In this document: positions 17,081 to 26,097 of the stretch, piece by piece | Layout of the letters: every line of letters begins with the position of its first letter | How positions within the stretch are numbered: position 1 is the first letter of the stretch | Position numbers and translations under genes: made by a program | DNA from: an uncultured Acetobacteraceae bacterium | Lineage (GTDB): Bacteria > Pseudomonadota > Alphaproteobacteria > CACIAM-22H2 | Direction: 5' to 3' | Assembly: GCA_964434345.1 (NCBI GenBank) | Contig: CAYSUY010000001.1 | Location: 8,681 to 72,680 of the forward strand | DNA length: 64,000 bases | The notes under the pieces: generated by a model | Told to the model about the DNA's origin: nothing | The model's input: the letters and a program-made list of their open reading frames with translations, nothing else | The model's database searches: none

Positions 17081-19602
17081 GCGTGCTGGCGACGTGGCGC
17101 CTCGCGCTGACCCTCGCCCGGCGGGAGATGCGTGGCGGCATCAAGGGGTTCCGGGTCTTCATCGCCTGTCTCGCCCTGGGTGTGGGGGCGATCGCGGGCG
17201 TGGGGTCGCTGGCCGATGCCGTGACGCGCGGCCTGCGCGATGACGGTCGCCGGCTCCTGGGCGGCGACGTCGAGCTGTCCTTCACCCATCGCGAGGCGAC
17301 GTCCGAGCAGCGGGCGCATCTCGCGGCCGCAGGGCGCGTCGCCGTCGTGGCCGAGATGCGGGCGATGGCGCGCGCGCCGGACGGGCGGAGCCTGAGCGAA
17401 CTGAAGGCCGTCGATGGGGCGTATCCCCTGGTCGGCGGGTTGCGTCTTGCGACCGGGGCACCGCTCGCCGAGACGATCGCGGTGCGCGACGGCCTCTGGG
17501 GGGCCGTGGTCGAGCCCGCCGTCCTGGCGCGGCTCGCGCTTCAGGTCGGCGACCGGCTGCGGATCGGCGACCAGGATTATGCGATCCGCGGCGTGATCGA
17601 CAGCGAACCCGATCGCGGGGCCAATGTCTTCACGCTGGGGCCGCGGGTGCTGGTGTCGCTGGACAGTCTCGGCGGGACCGGGCTTGTGCAGCCTGGCAGC
17701 CTGATCCGCTGGCAGTATCGCGTCGCTCTCGCCGATCCCTTGGGGGCGGAGCGTTTCCTGGCTGACCTCAAGACCCGGTTTCCGACGGCGGGCTGGCGGA
17801 TCCGGTCGGTCGCCGACGCGGCGCCCGGCCTGCAGCGCTGGGTCGATCGCATCGCGATGTTTCTCACCCTCGTCGGCCTGACGGCCCTTCTGGTCGGCGG
17901 CGTCGGGGTCGCCAACGCCGTGCGCAGCTTCGTCGAAGGCCGGATCGCGACCATCGCGACCCTGAAATGCATCGGCGCGACCGGCGGGCTCGTCCTCGTC
18001 ACCTATCTGGTCCAGGTGATGGCCATGGCCGTGCTCGGTATCGCCCTTGGGCTTGCGATCGGCGCATCGATCCCGCTGATCGCCGCGCCCTTCGTGGCGG
18101 GAGCGCTCGGCGTCGGTGTCGCGGGCGGCGTCTATCCCACGGCCCTCGGCCTCGCGGCGATCTATGGTGTCCTCGTCGCCTTCGCCTTCGCCCTCTGGCC
18201 GATCGCGCGGGCGCGGGACGTTCCGGCGGCCGCGCTTTTCCGGTCCCTGATCGCGCCGCCGCAGGCCTGGCCGCGCGCGGATGTCGCGCTCGCCACGCTC
18301 GTCGCGGTTGCCGCGCTCGCGGGGCTCGCCGTGGCGACCTCTCTGGACCGCCGGCTCGGGGCCGGTTTCGTTGCCGGTGCCCTGGCGTGCTTCATCCTGT
18401 TCCGCCTCGCGGCGGCGGCGATCGGACGCCTCGCGCGCGCCGCCCCGGCACCGCGCAGCCCGATGCTTCGGCTCGCGCTCGCGAATCTCCACCGGCCCGG
18501 CGGCAATCTTCCTGGCATCGTGCTCTCCCTCGGCCTCGGACTCACGGTTCTGGCGATCATCTCGCTCGTGCACGGCAATTTTGCGCGCGCCCTGCAGACG
18601 CAGCTGCCGGCCATCGCGCCCAGCTTCTTCTTCATCGACATCCAACCCGATCAGGTCGACGAATTCGACGCGGTGCTTCGCGATGCGCCGGGCATCGGGG
18701 TTGTCCAGCGGGTGCCGAATCTTCGCGGGCGCATCACGAAGCTCAACGGCGTGCCGGTCGACCAGGCCGTGGTCGCTCCCGAAGCGCAATGGGCAATCGG
18801 CTCGGATCGCGGTCTCACCTATGCGCGCACCCTGCCGCCCGACGCGCGACTGGTCGCGGGCGAATGGTGGGCGCCGGATTACAGCGGGCCGCCTCTTGTC
18901 TCCTTCGACGCTCAGATCGCCGCCGGCATGGGTCTGCGCCTTGGCGACACGATCACCCTCAACGTGCTGGGGCGCGAACTGACGGCGCGGATCGCCAATC
19001 TCCGGGCGATCGACTGGACCACGCTCGGGATCAACTTCACGCTCATCCTGGCGCCGGGAGCGTTGGAGGGGGCGCCGCAGACCTGGATCGCGACCGCCCA
19101 GGTGGACCGCGCGCACGAGGATGCGCTCGAGCGCCTGCTGGTGGAACGTCTGCCCAATGTCTCGGCGATCCGTATCCGTGATGCCCTTGGCGCGGTCGAG
19201 TCGATGCTGGACGGGATCGCGCGCGCCGCGCGCCTCACCGCCGGCGTCACGTTGCTGGCGGGTGCGCTCACCCTGGCCGGGGCGATCGCGGCGACCCAGC
19301 GCCGCCGCATCTACGATGCGGTCATTCTCAAGGTCCTGGGCGCGCGGCGTCGGGAAATCCTGCGCGCCCTGCTCGTGGAGTTCGGCCTGATCGGCGTCGC
19401 CGTATCGGTGCTCGCGACCATGTTCGGCGGGATAGCGGCATGGATCCTGGTCACCCGCTATCTCAAGGTCGATTTCGCGTGGCTGCCGTCGACCCTGTTC
19501 ACGGTGGTGGCGACATCGACCGCGGCGGTGATCCTGATCGGGCTCGCCGGGACATGGCGCGCGCTCGGCCACAAGCCGGCGGCCTCGCTCCGGCAGGGAT
19601 GA
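17077..19602 (+). CDS. ybbP: FtsX-family ABC transporter permease (YbbP-like, duplicated MacB-type permease)
   Basis: The ATG at 17077 overlaps the ybbA stop (ATGA). 841 aa with two sets of FtsX-like transmembrane clusters. The upstream 516 codons of track ORF 15529..19602 are shadow frame. Confidence 0.85.
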   Translation: MSVLATWRLALTLARREMRGGIKGFRVFIACLALGVGAIAGVGSLADAVTRGLRDDGRRLLGGDVELSFTHREATSEQRAHLAAAGRVAVVAEMRAMARAPDGRSLSELKAVDGAYPLVGGLRLATGAPLAETIAVRDGLWGAVVEPAVLARLALQVGDRLRIGDQDYAIRGVIDSEPDRGANVFTLGPRVLVSLDSLGGTGLVQPGSLIRWQYRVALADPLGAERFLADLKTRFPTAGWRIRSVADAAPGLQRWVDRIAMFLTLVGLTALLVGGVGVANAVRSFVEGRIATIATLKCIGATGGLVLVTYLVQVMAMAVLGIALGLAIGASIPLIAAPFVAGALGVGVAGGVYPTALGLAAIYGVLVAFAFALWPIARARDVPAAALFRSLIAPPQAWPRADVALATLVAVAALAGLAVATSLDRRLGAGFVAGALACFILFRLAAAAIGRLARAAPAPRSPMLRLALANLHRPGGNLPGIVLSLGLGLTVLAIISLVHGNFARALQTQLPAIAPSFFFIDIQPDQVDEFDAVLRDAPGIGVVQRVPNLRGRITKLNGVPVDQAVVAPEAQWAIGSDRGLTYARTLPPDARLVAGEWWAPDYSGPPLVSFDAQIAAGMGLRLGDTITLNVLGRELTARIANLRAIDWTTLGINFTLILAPGALEGAPQTWIATAQVDRAHEDALERLLVERLPNVSAIRIRDALGAVESMLDGIARAARLTAGVTLLAGALTLAGAIAATQRRRIYDAVILKVLGARRREILRALLVEFGLIGVAVSVLATMFGGIAAWILVTRYLKVDFAWLPSTLFTVVATSTAAVILIGLAGTWRALGHKPAASLRQG

Positions 19603-19745
19603 CCAAAGCGATGCCGGTCGACAAAACCCTTTTATTTTCCATGGGTAAGATCGGTCGATCGTCCCGGAAGCGCTATTGAATCGCATGTGCACGCGCCCAT
19701 ATGCTGGCACGACCCTGAACAGGGGAGCGATGGGAGAAGAATCCG

Positions 19746-20462
19746 ATGAATAATCCGTACCTGAACCAGACGGCGCCCGGCACGACCGCGGATGTCGCGA
19801 TCGATTCGGGCCTGCGTGCGCACATGCTGCGCATCTACAACTACATGGCTTCGGCGGTGCTGCTCTCGGGCATCGTCTCCTACCTGATCGTCAGCTCGCC
19901 GGCGCTGACCAATCTGCTCATCAAGTCGCCGTTGCGCTGGGCCTTCGTGCTCGCCCCGCTGGCCTTCGTGCTGGTGATGTCGTGGCGCTTCGAGCGGATG
20001 TCCAAGACGGCGTTGCAGGGCCTCTACTGGGCCTACGCGGTCTGCATCGGCGTCTCCTTCGCGACGATCCTCTACGTCTACACCGGTGCGAGCGTCGCAC
20101 GCGCGTTCTTCATGGCCGCGGGCCTGTTCGCGGGGCTCAGCCTCTACGGCTACACGACCAAGGCCGACCTGTCGAAGATCGGCACGCTGCTGATGGTCGG
20201 CATGGTGGTGGTGTTCATCGCGAGCATCGTCAACATCTTCCTTGGTTCGTCGGCGCTGCAGTTCGCGGTGTCGGTGATCGGCCTGATCGTCTTCCTCGGC
20301 CTCACGGCCTGGGACACGCAGCGGATCAAGGAGACCTATCTCGAGTTCCGCGGCACGGAGATCGAGGGCAAGATCGCCGTGATGGATGCACTGGGCCTGT
20401 ACATGAACTTCGTGGCGATCTTCCAGTTCCTGGTGTCGCTGATCGGCCAGCGCGACGAGTGA
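19746..20462 (+). CDS. Bax-inhibitor-1/YccA family membrane protein
   Basis: 238 aa with 7 hydrophobic spans. Strings LRIYNYM and WDTQRIKE are typical of the BI-1/YccA family. Confidence 0.85.
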   Translation: MNNPYLNQTAPGTTADVAIDSGLRAHMLRIYNYMASAVLLSGIVSYLIVSSPALTNLLIKSPLRWAFVLAPLAFVLVMSWRFERMSKTALQGLYWAYAVCIGVSFATILYVYTGASVARAFFMAAGLFAGLSLYGYTTKADLSKIGTLLMVGMVVVFIASIVNIFLGSSALQFAVSVIGLIVFLGLTAWDTQRIKETYLEFRGTEIEGKIAVMDALGLYMNFVAIFQFLVSLIGQRDE

Positions 20463-20504
20463 CGCTGATGTCCGCCCTCTTCGGGGGGCGGTCCGCGAAA
20501 GAGA

Positions 20505-20537
20505 CCCCGGCAGGGCGACCTGCCGGGGTTTTTCTTT
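20505..20537 (+). terminator. Rho-independent terminator of the BI-1/YccA gene
   Basis: CCCCGGCAGG-gcga-CCTGCCGGGG (10-bp perfect stem) followed by TTTTTCTTT, 43 nt after the stop codon. Confidence 0.75.
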
Positions 20538-20656
20538 GACGCGGAGCCGGGGTGCCGGATGGTGAAATCGCGGATGGACAGGCCGGTGCGCCGCGATCAT
20601 CCTGCCCCGGATCCCGTTCTTGGGGCACACGTCGTTCCAACGCTGGCAGGTTCGAG

Positions 20657-21778
20657 ATGCAACGCCTTCCCGCCGATATCGGCACTCCGGTCGACGAGGT
20701 CGACACGCCGGCGCTGATCGTCGACCTCGACGCCTTCGAGCGCAATCTCGCGAAGATGGCCGGCCTGGCGCGTGCCGCCGGCGTCCGGTTGCGGCCCCAT
20801 GCCAAGACCCATAAATCGCCTGCGGTCGCGTTGCGGCAGATCGCCCATGGCGCGGTCGGGCAATGCGTCCAGAAGGTGGGCGAGGCGGAGGTCCTGGTGC
20901 GCGGCGGCATCCGCGACGTGCTGGTCAGCAACGAGGTCTTCGGCCAGCAGAAATTCCGGCGGCTCGCCGCGCTCGCGCGGGAGGCGACGGTCGCGGTCTG
21001 TTTCGATGCCGTCGAGCAGATCGAGCAGGCGTCGCGTGCGGCGCGCGAGTTCGGCGTCGAGATCGGCGGGTTGGTGGAGATCGATGTCGGCATGCAGCGC
21101 TGCGGCGTGCTGCCCGGTGCTCCGGCGCTCGAGATCGCGCGCCGGATCGCTGATGCGCCGGGCCTCGTCTTCAAAGGTATCCAGGCTTATCACGGCACGG
21201 CGCAGCATCTGCCCAGCCACCGCGAGCGGGTCGACGCCATCCGCAAGGCCTCCGAGGCGGTCGGCATGACGCGTGACGCGCTCGCGGCCGTGGGACTGTC
21301 GTGCGACATCGTCGGAGGGGCGGGGACGGGGACCTTCCGGCAGGAGGCCGCAAGCGGCCTGTGGAACGAATTGCAGGTCGGATCCTACGCGTTCATGGAC
21401 ACCGACTACGCGGTGATCGGCGACGAGCACGGCGGCAACCGTTACACCGAGTTCGAGCACAGCCTGTTCGTGCTCGCGACGGTCATGAGCGCGCCGGCGT
21501 CGGATCGCGTCGTGGTCGATGCCGGCCTCAAATCCTACAGCCTGGAAAAAGGTCCGCCCTGGGTCCACGGCCGGACAGGTCTCGAGCCCTACGGCGTCTC
21601 GGACGAGCACGCCCGCGTCCGTGTCACGGGCGTTCCGGCGCCGCGTCTGGGAGACAAGCTGATGCTGATCCCCGGGCATTGTGACCCGACCATCAACCTG
21701 CATGACTGGTATGTCGGCGTCCGCAACGGCCGGGTCGAGGCGCTGTGGCCGATCGCGGCGCGCGGGGCAAGCGCCTAG
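20657..21778 (+). CDS. DSD1-family PLP enzyme (D-serine dehydratase / D-threonine aldolase-like, alanine-racemase N-terminal fold)
   Basis: Start at the ATG at 20657. TPALIVDLDAFERN.. and PHAKTHK (PLP lysine). C-terminal GHCDPT. Confidence 0.8.
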   Translation: MQRLPADIGTPVDEVDTPALIVDLDAFERNLAKMAGLARAAGVRLRPHAKTHKSPAVALRQIAHGAVGQCVQKVGEAEVLVRGGIRDVLVSNEVFGQQKFRRLAALAREATVAVCFDAVEQIEQASRAAREFGVEIGGLVEIDVGMQRCGVLPGAPALEIARRIADAPGLVFKGIQAYHGTAQHLPSHRERVDAIRKASEAVGMTRDALAAVGLSCDIVGGAGTGTFRQEAASGLWNELQVGSYAFMDTDYAVIGDEHGGNRYTEFEHSLFVLATVMSAPASDRVVVDAGLKSYSLEKGPPWVHGRTGLEPYGVSDEHARVRVTGVPAPRLGDKLMLIPGHCDPTINLHDWYVGVRNGRVEALWPIAARGASA

Positions 21779-21895
21779 AGCGTGATCCGCGCTGACGGAC
21801 GCGCGAACCATGCCCTGGCTCTCCGCCTTGTCGCGCGTGGGACATCTTCGGCGATTTCGCCGTGGACGATCCCGCTGCAGGCGAGGCTAGGCCTC

Positions 21896-21923
21896 TTGTA
21901 AAGCTTGACTTACAATATATTAT
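21896..21923 (+). promoter_or_regulatory. candidate sigma70-type promoter in an AT-rich island upstream of the ubiC-like gene
   Basis: TTGTAA (21896-21901), 16-nt spacer, TATTAT (21918-21923). GGAGG at 21954-21958 precedes GTG 21961 / ATG 21964. Also contains the palindrome TTGTAA-N8-TTACAA. Confidence 0.3.
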
Positions 21924-21963
21924 TGACCGGCTCTTAACCGAGTTTCTGAAGTTGGAGGCCGTG

Positions 21964-22530
21964 ATGGGCGCCCTGCACGCAGCCTGGGGGTATCTTCCGC
22001 CCGAGGCCTCGCCCCTCACACTGGGGTGCCTGATGGAGTCCGGGTCGCTGACGGAGCGTCTGGTCGCGAGCGGTCGTCGCTTCTCCGTCCGGGTTCTGTG
22101 GTTCGGCCCGGATTCTGCGGCCCCGGACGAGGCGCCGCTGATCGGTTGTTCCGCCGACACACCCATGACCGCGCGGCATGTGGCGCTTCAACTCGATGGC
22201 GAGGACTGCGTCGTCGCGCGCAGTTTCTGCCGCCTCGACTGCCCCGTGTGGCACCCCATCCTTGACCGCGGGGGGCGGTCCCTCGGTCTGACGTTGTTCT
22301 CCGGCGAGGTTCCGCTCACGCGCGGCGAACTCGAATACGCGCTGCCGGCGCCCGGGCATCCGCTCAATGAACTTGCGGCGGCGTGCGAGCCCTCTGTCCT
22401 CGGATACCCTGCGCGCCGTTGTCGGTTCGTGCTGGATGGCGCGCCACTCGTCGTCTGCGAGGCCTTTTTGCCGGCCCTGGAGGCGAGCCTCGCCACCGCT
22501 GGCGGGAGCGGCCTCCGGCGGCGGGCCTGA
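21964..22530 (+). CDS. ubiC: chorismate pyruvate-lyase (UbiC)-like protein
   Basis: GSLTERL near the N-terminus, ARRCRFVL and LVVCEAFLPAL near the C-terminus, mirroring E. coli UbiC (DSMTKRF, GRRSRLRL, LLLTELFLPASP; recalled from memory). The upstream part of track ORF 21862.. is AT-rich and unlikely to be coding. Confidence 0.55.
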   Translation: MGALHAAWGYLPPEASPLTLGCLMESGSLTERLVASGRRFSVRVLWFGPDSAAPDEAPLIGCSADTPMTARHVALQLDGEDCVVARSFCRLDCPVWHPILDRGGRSLGLTLFSGEVPLTRGELEYALPAPGHPLNELAAACEPSVLGYPARRCRFVLDGAPLVVCEAFLPALEASLATAGGSGLRRRA

Positions 22531-22548
22531 GCGGCCTCGGGTCGGGTT

Positions 22549-23673
22549 TCAGAACCGGATGACCTGACGCCGGGTCTTGCCGTCCGCGAGCCGGTCGAAG
22601 GCCGCGTTGATGTCGTCGAGCGCCAGCGTCTCGCCAAGCAGCCTGTCGACGGGCAGCCGTCCTTGGCGGTACAGCGCGACATAGCGCGGGATGTCCCGCG
22701 ACGGGACGCAAGATCCGACATAGCTTCCCTTGAGCGTCCGTTCCTCGGCGACCAGCGCCACTGGCGGCAGGCTCAGACGCTGGGTCGGGTTCGGAAGACC
22801 CGCCGTGATCGTCGTACCGCCCCGCCGGGTGATGCTCCAGGCGAGTTCGAGGGCCTTCGCGGATCCCGCCATCTCGAAGGCGTAATCGACGCCCCCCGCG
22901 GTCAGGTCGCGCACATGCGCGGCGGCTTCCGGATTTCGCGCGTCGACCATGTCGCTGGCGCCGAGCGTCCCGGCGAAGGCGAGTTTTTCCGGTTCGATGT
23001 CGATGGCGACGATCCGCGCCGCACCGCAGGCCGCGGCGCCGAGCAGGGCCGCGAGGCCGACGCCGCCAAGTCCGATCACCGCGACCGTGGAGCCTGGCGT
23101 CATGCGCGCGGTGTTGGCCACCGCTCCGACCCCGGTCAGGACGGCGCAGCCGAACAGCGCCGCCTCGACCGGTGGCAGGTCGGCCGGCACCTTGACCAGC
23201 GAGCGCCGTGACACCACGGCATACTCGGCGAAGGCCGAGACGCCGAGATGGTGGTGGATCGGACGTCCGTCGCGGGCGATCCGTCGCCCGCCGCCCAGCA
23301 TCTCTCCCGCGCCATTGGCCTTGGCGGCGGGTTCGCAGAGAGCGGGCCGGCCTTCGGCGCATGGGGCACAGCAGCCGCAACTCGGCACGAAGACCAGCGC
23401 CACGCGATCCCCGGGCGCGAGATCCACGACGCCGTCTCCCAGGCCCTCGACCACGCCCGCCGCTTCGTGTCCAAGCGCCATCGGGGTCGGGCGGGGACGA
23501 TCGCCATTGATGACGGACAGGTCCGAATGACACAGGCCAGCCGCGGTGATGCGGACCAGGACCTCGCCGCGGCCCGGTGGGGCGAGGTCGATCTCGGCGA
23601 TGGTCAGCGGGCGCGACAGCGCATAGGGGCGCGGCCGGCCCATCTCCTCGAGGATCGCGGCGCGAATCTTCAT
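22549..23673 (-). CDS. zinc-dependent alcohol dehydrogenase (MDR family)
   Basis: Start at MKIRAA (23673). Motifs GHEAAGVVEGLG, structural-Zn cysteines CGCCAPCAEGRPALC, and NAD fold GLGGVGLAA. Confidence 0.9.
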   Translation of the reverse strand: MKIRAAILEEMGRPRPYALSRPLTIAEIDLAPPGRGEVLVRITAAGLCHSDLSVINGDRPRPTPMALGHEAAGVVEGLGDGVVDLAPGDRVALVFVPSCGCCAPCAEGRPALCEPAAKANGAGEMLGGGRRIARDGRPIHHHLGVSAFAEYAVVSRRSLVKVPADLPPVEAALFGCAVLTGVGAVANTARMTPGSTVAVIGLGGVGLAALLGAAACGAARIVAIDIEPEKLAFAGTLGASDMVDARNPEAAAHVRDLTAGGVDYAFEMAGSAKALELAWSITRRGGTTITAGLPNPTQRLSLPPVALVAEERTLKGSYVGSCVPSRDIPRYVALYRQGRLPVDRLLGETLALDDINAAFDRLADGKTRRQVIRF

Positions 23674-23686
23674 GGGTGGTGTCCCT

Positions 23687-24547
23687 TCAATCCAGGCGAA
23701 ATCCGCGCGCGCGGACATAGGCGCCGAAATCGGTGCGCTGCGGCTCGGCGTAGTGGCGGGCCTTTTCCTCCGACCAGCCATAGACGGGGGCGACCCCGAA
23801 ACGCGCGGTGTCGCGCTGGCGGCGATACGGATGGATCGCATGGCGTCGCGCGTCGTAGGCGTCGACCTGATCGCGCGCCGCGCTGTCGTCGAAGCGCTCG
23901 TGATGGACCGTCGCCGCGAGGGGCAGGCGCGGGCTGAGCACCCCCGGATTGGCCGGCCAGCCGAGCGTCAGCGCGGCGACCGGAAAGACGAGTTCAGGCA
24001 GGTCCAGGAGTTCGCTTGCGGCCTGCGGCGCGTTGCGGATCTGGCTGATCGGGCAGCAGCCAAGCCCTGCAGCTTCGGCCGCGGCGACCAGCCAGGCGAG
24101 GGCGATCGCCGCGTCCACGCTGGCGTTGAAGAACGCGTCGAGATGGTCGTTGGCGAAGGAATGGCCACGCCAGGCGTGTATCTGTCGCTGGCGCCGATGG
24201 TTGCCGCAGGCGACGATCCAGACCGGTGCCGTGCCCATCCATGCGTCGCCGCCGCAGAGTTCGGTCAGGCGCGCGCGCGTCGCGGCCCCGGTGACCACGA
24301 CGAGGTCGCGCTGCTGCAGGTCGCTCTTGGTCGGCGCCGACAGGGCCGTGGCGCAGATCAGGTCGACCAGCGCGGGATCCACCGGGCGGTCGGCATAGGC
24401 GCGAATGACGCGATGGCCGGCAAGTCCGGCAAGGCGCGCGCCCGCGTCCGTGTCCGCGGGCGCCGCTTCGGCCAGTCCGTCTGCATCGCCGAAACGGCGG
24501 GCGAGCGCGGCCGCGAGCGCCGCCGTGTCGCCATCGGTCATGGACAT
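23687..24547 (-). CDS. nitroreductase-family flavoprotein
   Basis: 3'-terminal 286 codons of track ORF 23687..26074, start MSMTDGD. SAPTKSDLQQRDLVVV and GLGCCPISQIRN are nitroreductase-like. Confidence 0.7.
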   Translation of the reverse strand: MSMTDGDTAALAAALARRFGDADGLAEAAPADTDAGARLAGLAGHRVIRAYADRPVDPALVDLICATALSAPTKSDLQQRDLVVVTGAATRARLTELCGGDAWMGTAPVWIVACGNHRRQRQIHAWRGHSFANDHLDAFFNASVDAAIALAWLVAAAEAAGLGCCPISQIRNAPQAASELLDLPELVFPVAALTLGWPANPGVLSPRLPLAATVHHERFDDSAARDQVDAYDARRHAIHPYRRQRDTARFGVAPVYGWSEEKARHYAEPQRTDFGAYVRARGFRLD

Positions 24548-24558
24548 CGTTCCGTCCC

Positions 24559-25314
24559 TCAGACGCAGCGGCCGCCATCGACCTCGAGCGCCGCGCCGGT
24601 GATGAAACTGGCCTCCTCGGAGCAGAGATAGAGGGCTGCGTTGGCGATGTCCTCCGGCCGCGACAGCCGTCCGAGCGGGACGCTGGCCGTGAAGCGCGCG
24701 CGGTTCTCCGGCGTGTCGCCGCCCATGAAATCGGCCAGCATCGCGGTCTCGCCGGCGACCGGGCAGAGGCAATTGACGCGGATCCGGTCGGGCGCGAATT
24801 CGACCGCCATCGACTTCGTCATGGTGATCGCCGCACCTTTCGAGGCGTTGTAGACGGTCAGTCCGGGGCGCGGACGCAGGCCGGCCGTGGAGGCGGTGTT
24901 GAGGATCACGCCGCCGCCCTGGCGGCGGAAGATCGGTACCACCGCCAGCGCCGCCAGATAGATCGCCTTGACGTTGACCGCGAAGATCCGGTCGAAGGCG
25001 TCCTCGCCGACCGTCAGCATCGACTGGTTGCGGTGCGTGTAGCCGGCGTTGTTGACCATGATGTCGACGCGACCGAAGCTTTCCAGCGCCGCTCCGACAA
25101 GCGCTCCGACCTCGGCGGTCTTCGCCACATCGGCGTGCCGGAAGATCGCGTCCGCGCCGGTCGCGCGGATCGCTGCCGCGACCCTCTCGCCGTTGGTCAC
25201 GTCGATGTCGTTGACGACGATCCGCGCGCCTTCGGCTGCGAAGCGCGTCGCCATGCCCTCGCCGAACCCGGAACCGGCGCCCGTGATGATCGCGACCTTG
25301 TCCTTGAGACGCAT
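24559..25314 (-). CDS. short-chain dehydrogenase/reductase (SDR)
   Basis: Start at MRLKDKVAIITGAGSGFG (25314). Motifs NNAG and YNASKGA. Confidence 0.9.
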   Translation of the reverse strand: MRLKDKVAIITGAGSGFGEGMATRFAAEGARIVVNDIDVTNGERVAAAIRATGADAIFRHADVAKTAEVGALVGAALESFGRVDIMVNNAGYTHRNQSMLTVGEDAFDRIFAVNVKAIYLAALAVVPIFRRQGGGVILNTASTAGLRPRPGLTVYNASKGAAITMTKSMAVEFAPDRIRVNCLCPVAGETAMLADFMGGDTPENRARFTASVPLGRLSRPEDIANAALYLCSEEASFITGAALEVDGGRCV

Positions 25315-25417
25315 GGATCTGTCCTCCGCCGTGACGATGCCCGAAGGATCGCCGAGGCGAGCCACCGGCCGCAAGTTCCGGTTGGCGCGCCGCCCGCGCT
25401 GCGCGCATGATCGCCGC

Positions 25418-26047
25418 ATGAGCGACGCGTCCTCTCACGACATCCGCACGCTGCCCGACCTGCTCGCGCTGTTCGGGCCCGTCAGCAGCCTCGCCGCGGT
25501 CAAGGCAATCCCGCGCCTCGACACGCATTGCCGGCGCTTCATCGCGCTGTCGCCGTTCCTCGTGATCGGCTCCACGGATCGGGAGGGGCGCGCGGACACG
25601 AGTCCCAAGGGCGATCCGCCGGGTTTCGTGCGCGTGATCGACGACCGGACGATCGCGATACCGGACCGCCCCGGGAACAATCGTCTCGATACCTTGCGCA
25701 ACATCGTCGAGAACCCCGACGTTGCCGTGATCTTCTTCGTTCCGGGCGTCGACGAGACGCTGCGCCTCAACGGCCGTGCGCGCCTCTCGACCGATCCCTC
25801 CCTGCTCGCGACGATGGCGGTGAACGGCCGGACCCCGGTCCTTGCGATCGTCGTCGAACTGCGCGAGGCCTATTTGCACTGCGCCAAGGCGCTCAAGCGC
25901 TCGCGACTCTGGGACCCGAAGGTCCAGGTCGAGCGGACGGAACTGCCCAGCCTGGGCCGGATGATCCTGGACCAGGCGCGTTCGACCGAGGATGTCGCGG
26001 CGGTCGAGGCACGCATCGAGCAGGCGTATCGCGACAAGCTCTATTGA
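25418..26047 (+). CDS. pyridoxamine 5'-phosphate oxidase-like FMN-binding flavoprotein
   Basis: Start at the ATG at 25418. 209 aa with PPOX-type split-barrel strings (FLVIGSTDREGRADTSPKGD, AIPDRPGNNRLDTLRNI, FFVPGVDETLRLNG). Confidence 0.7.
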   Translation: MSDASSHDIRTLPDLLALFGPVSSLAAVKAIPRLDTHCRRFIALSPFLVIGSTDREGRADTSPKGDPPGFVRVIDDRTIAIPDRPGNNRLDTLRNIVENPDVAVIFFVPGVDETLRLNGRARLSTDPSLLATMAVNGRTPVLAIVVELREAYLHCAKALKRSRLWDPKVQVERTELPSLGRMILDQARSTEDVAAVEARIEQAYRDKLY

Positions 26048-26097
26048 CGGATCGGCCAGCCGATCCCCGACCATTCGTCGCCACCTGGAGCAAGACC

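Noticed and set aside
21862-21963. N-terminal extension of the ubiC-like ORF (GTG at 21862)
   Set aside because: The extension runs through the AT-rich promoter-like island, with codon composition unlike the rest of the genome. GGAGG followed by GTG/ATG at 21961/21964 gives a protein of UbiC-like length.
24548-26074. Upstream two-thirds of the 795-aa track ORF 23687..26074
   Set aside because: Low-complexity Arg/Gly/Asp/His-rich translation that overlaps a well-supported SDR (another frame) and lies antisense to the PPOX-like gene. Only the last 286 codons (nitroreductase) look real.
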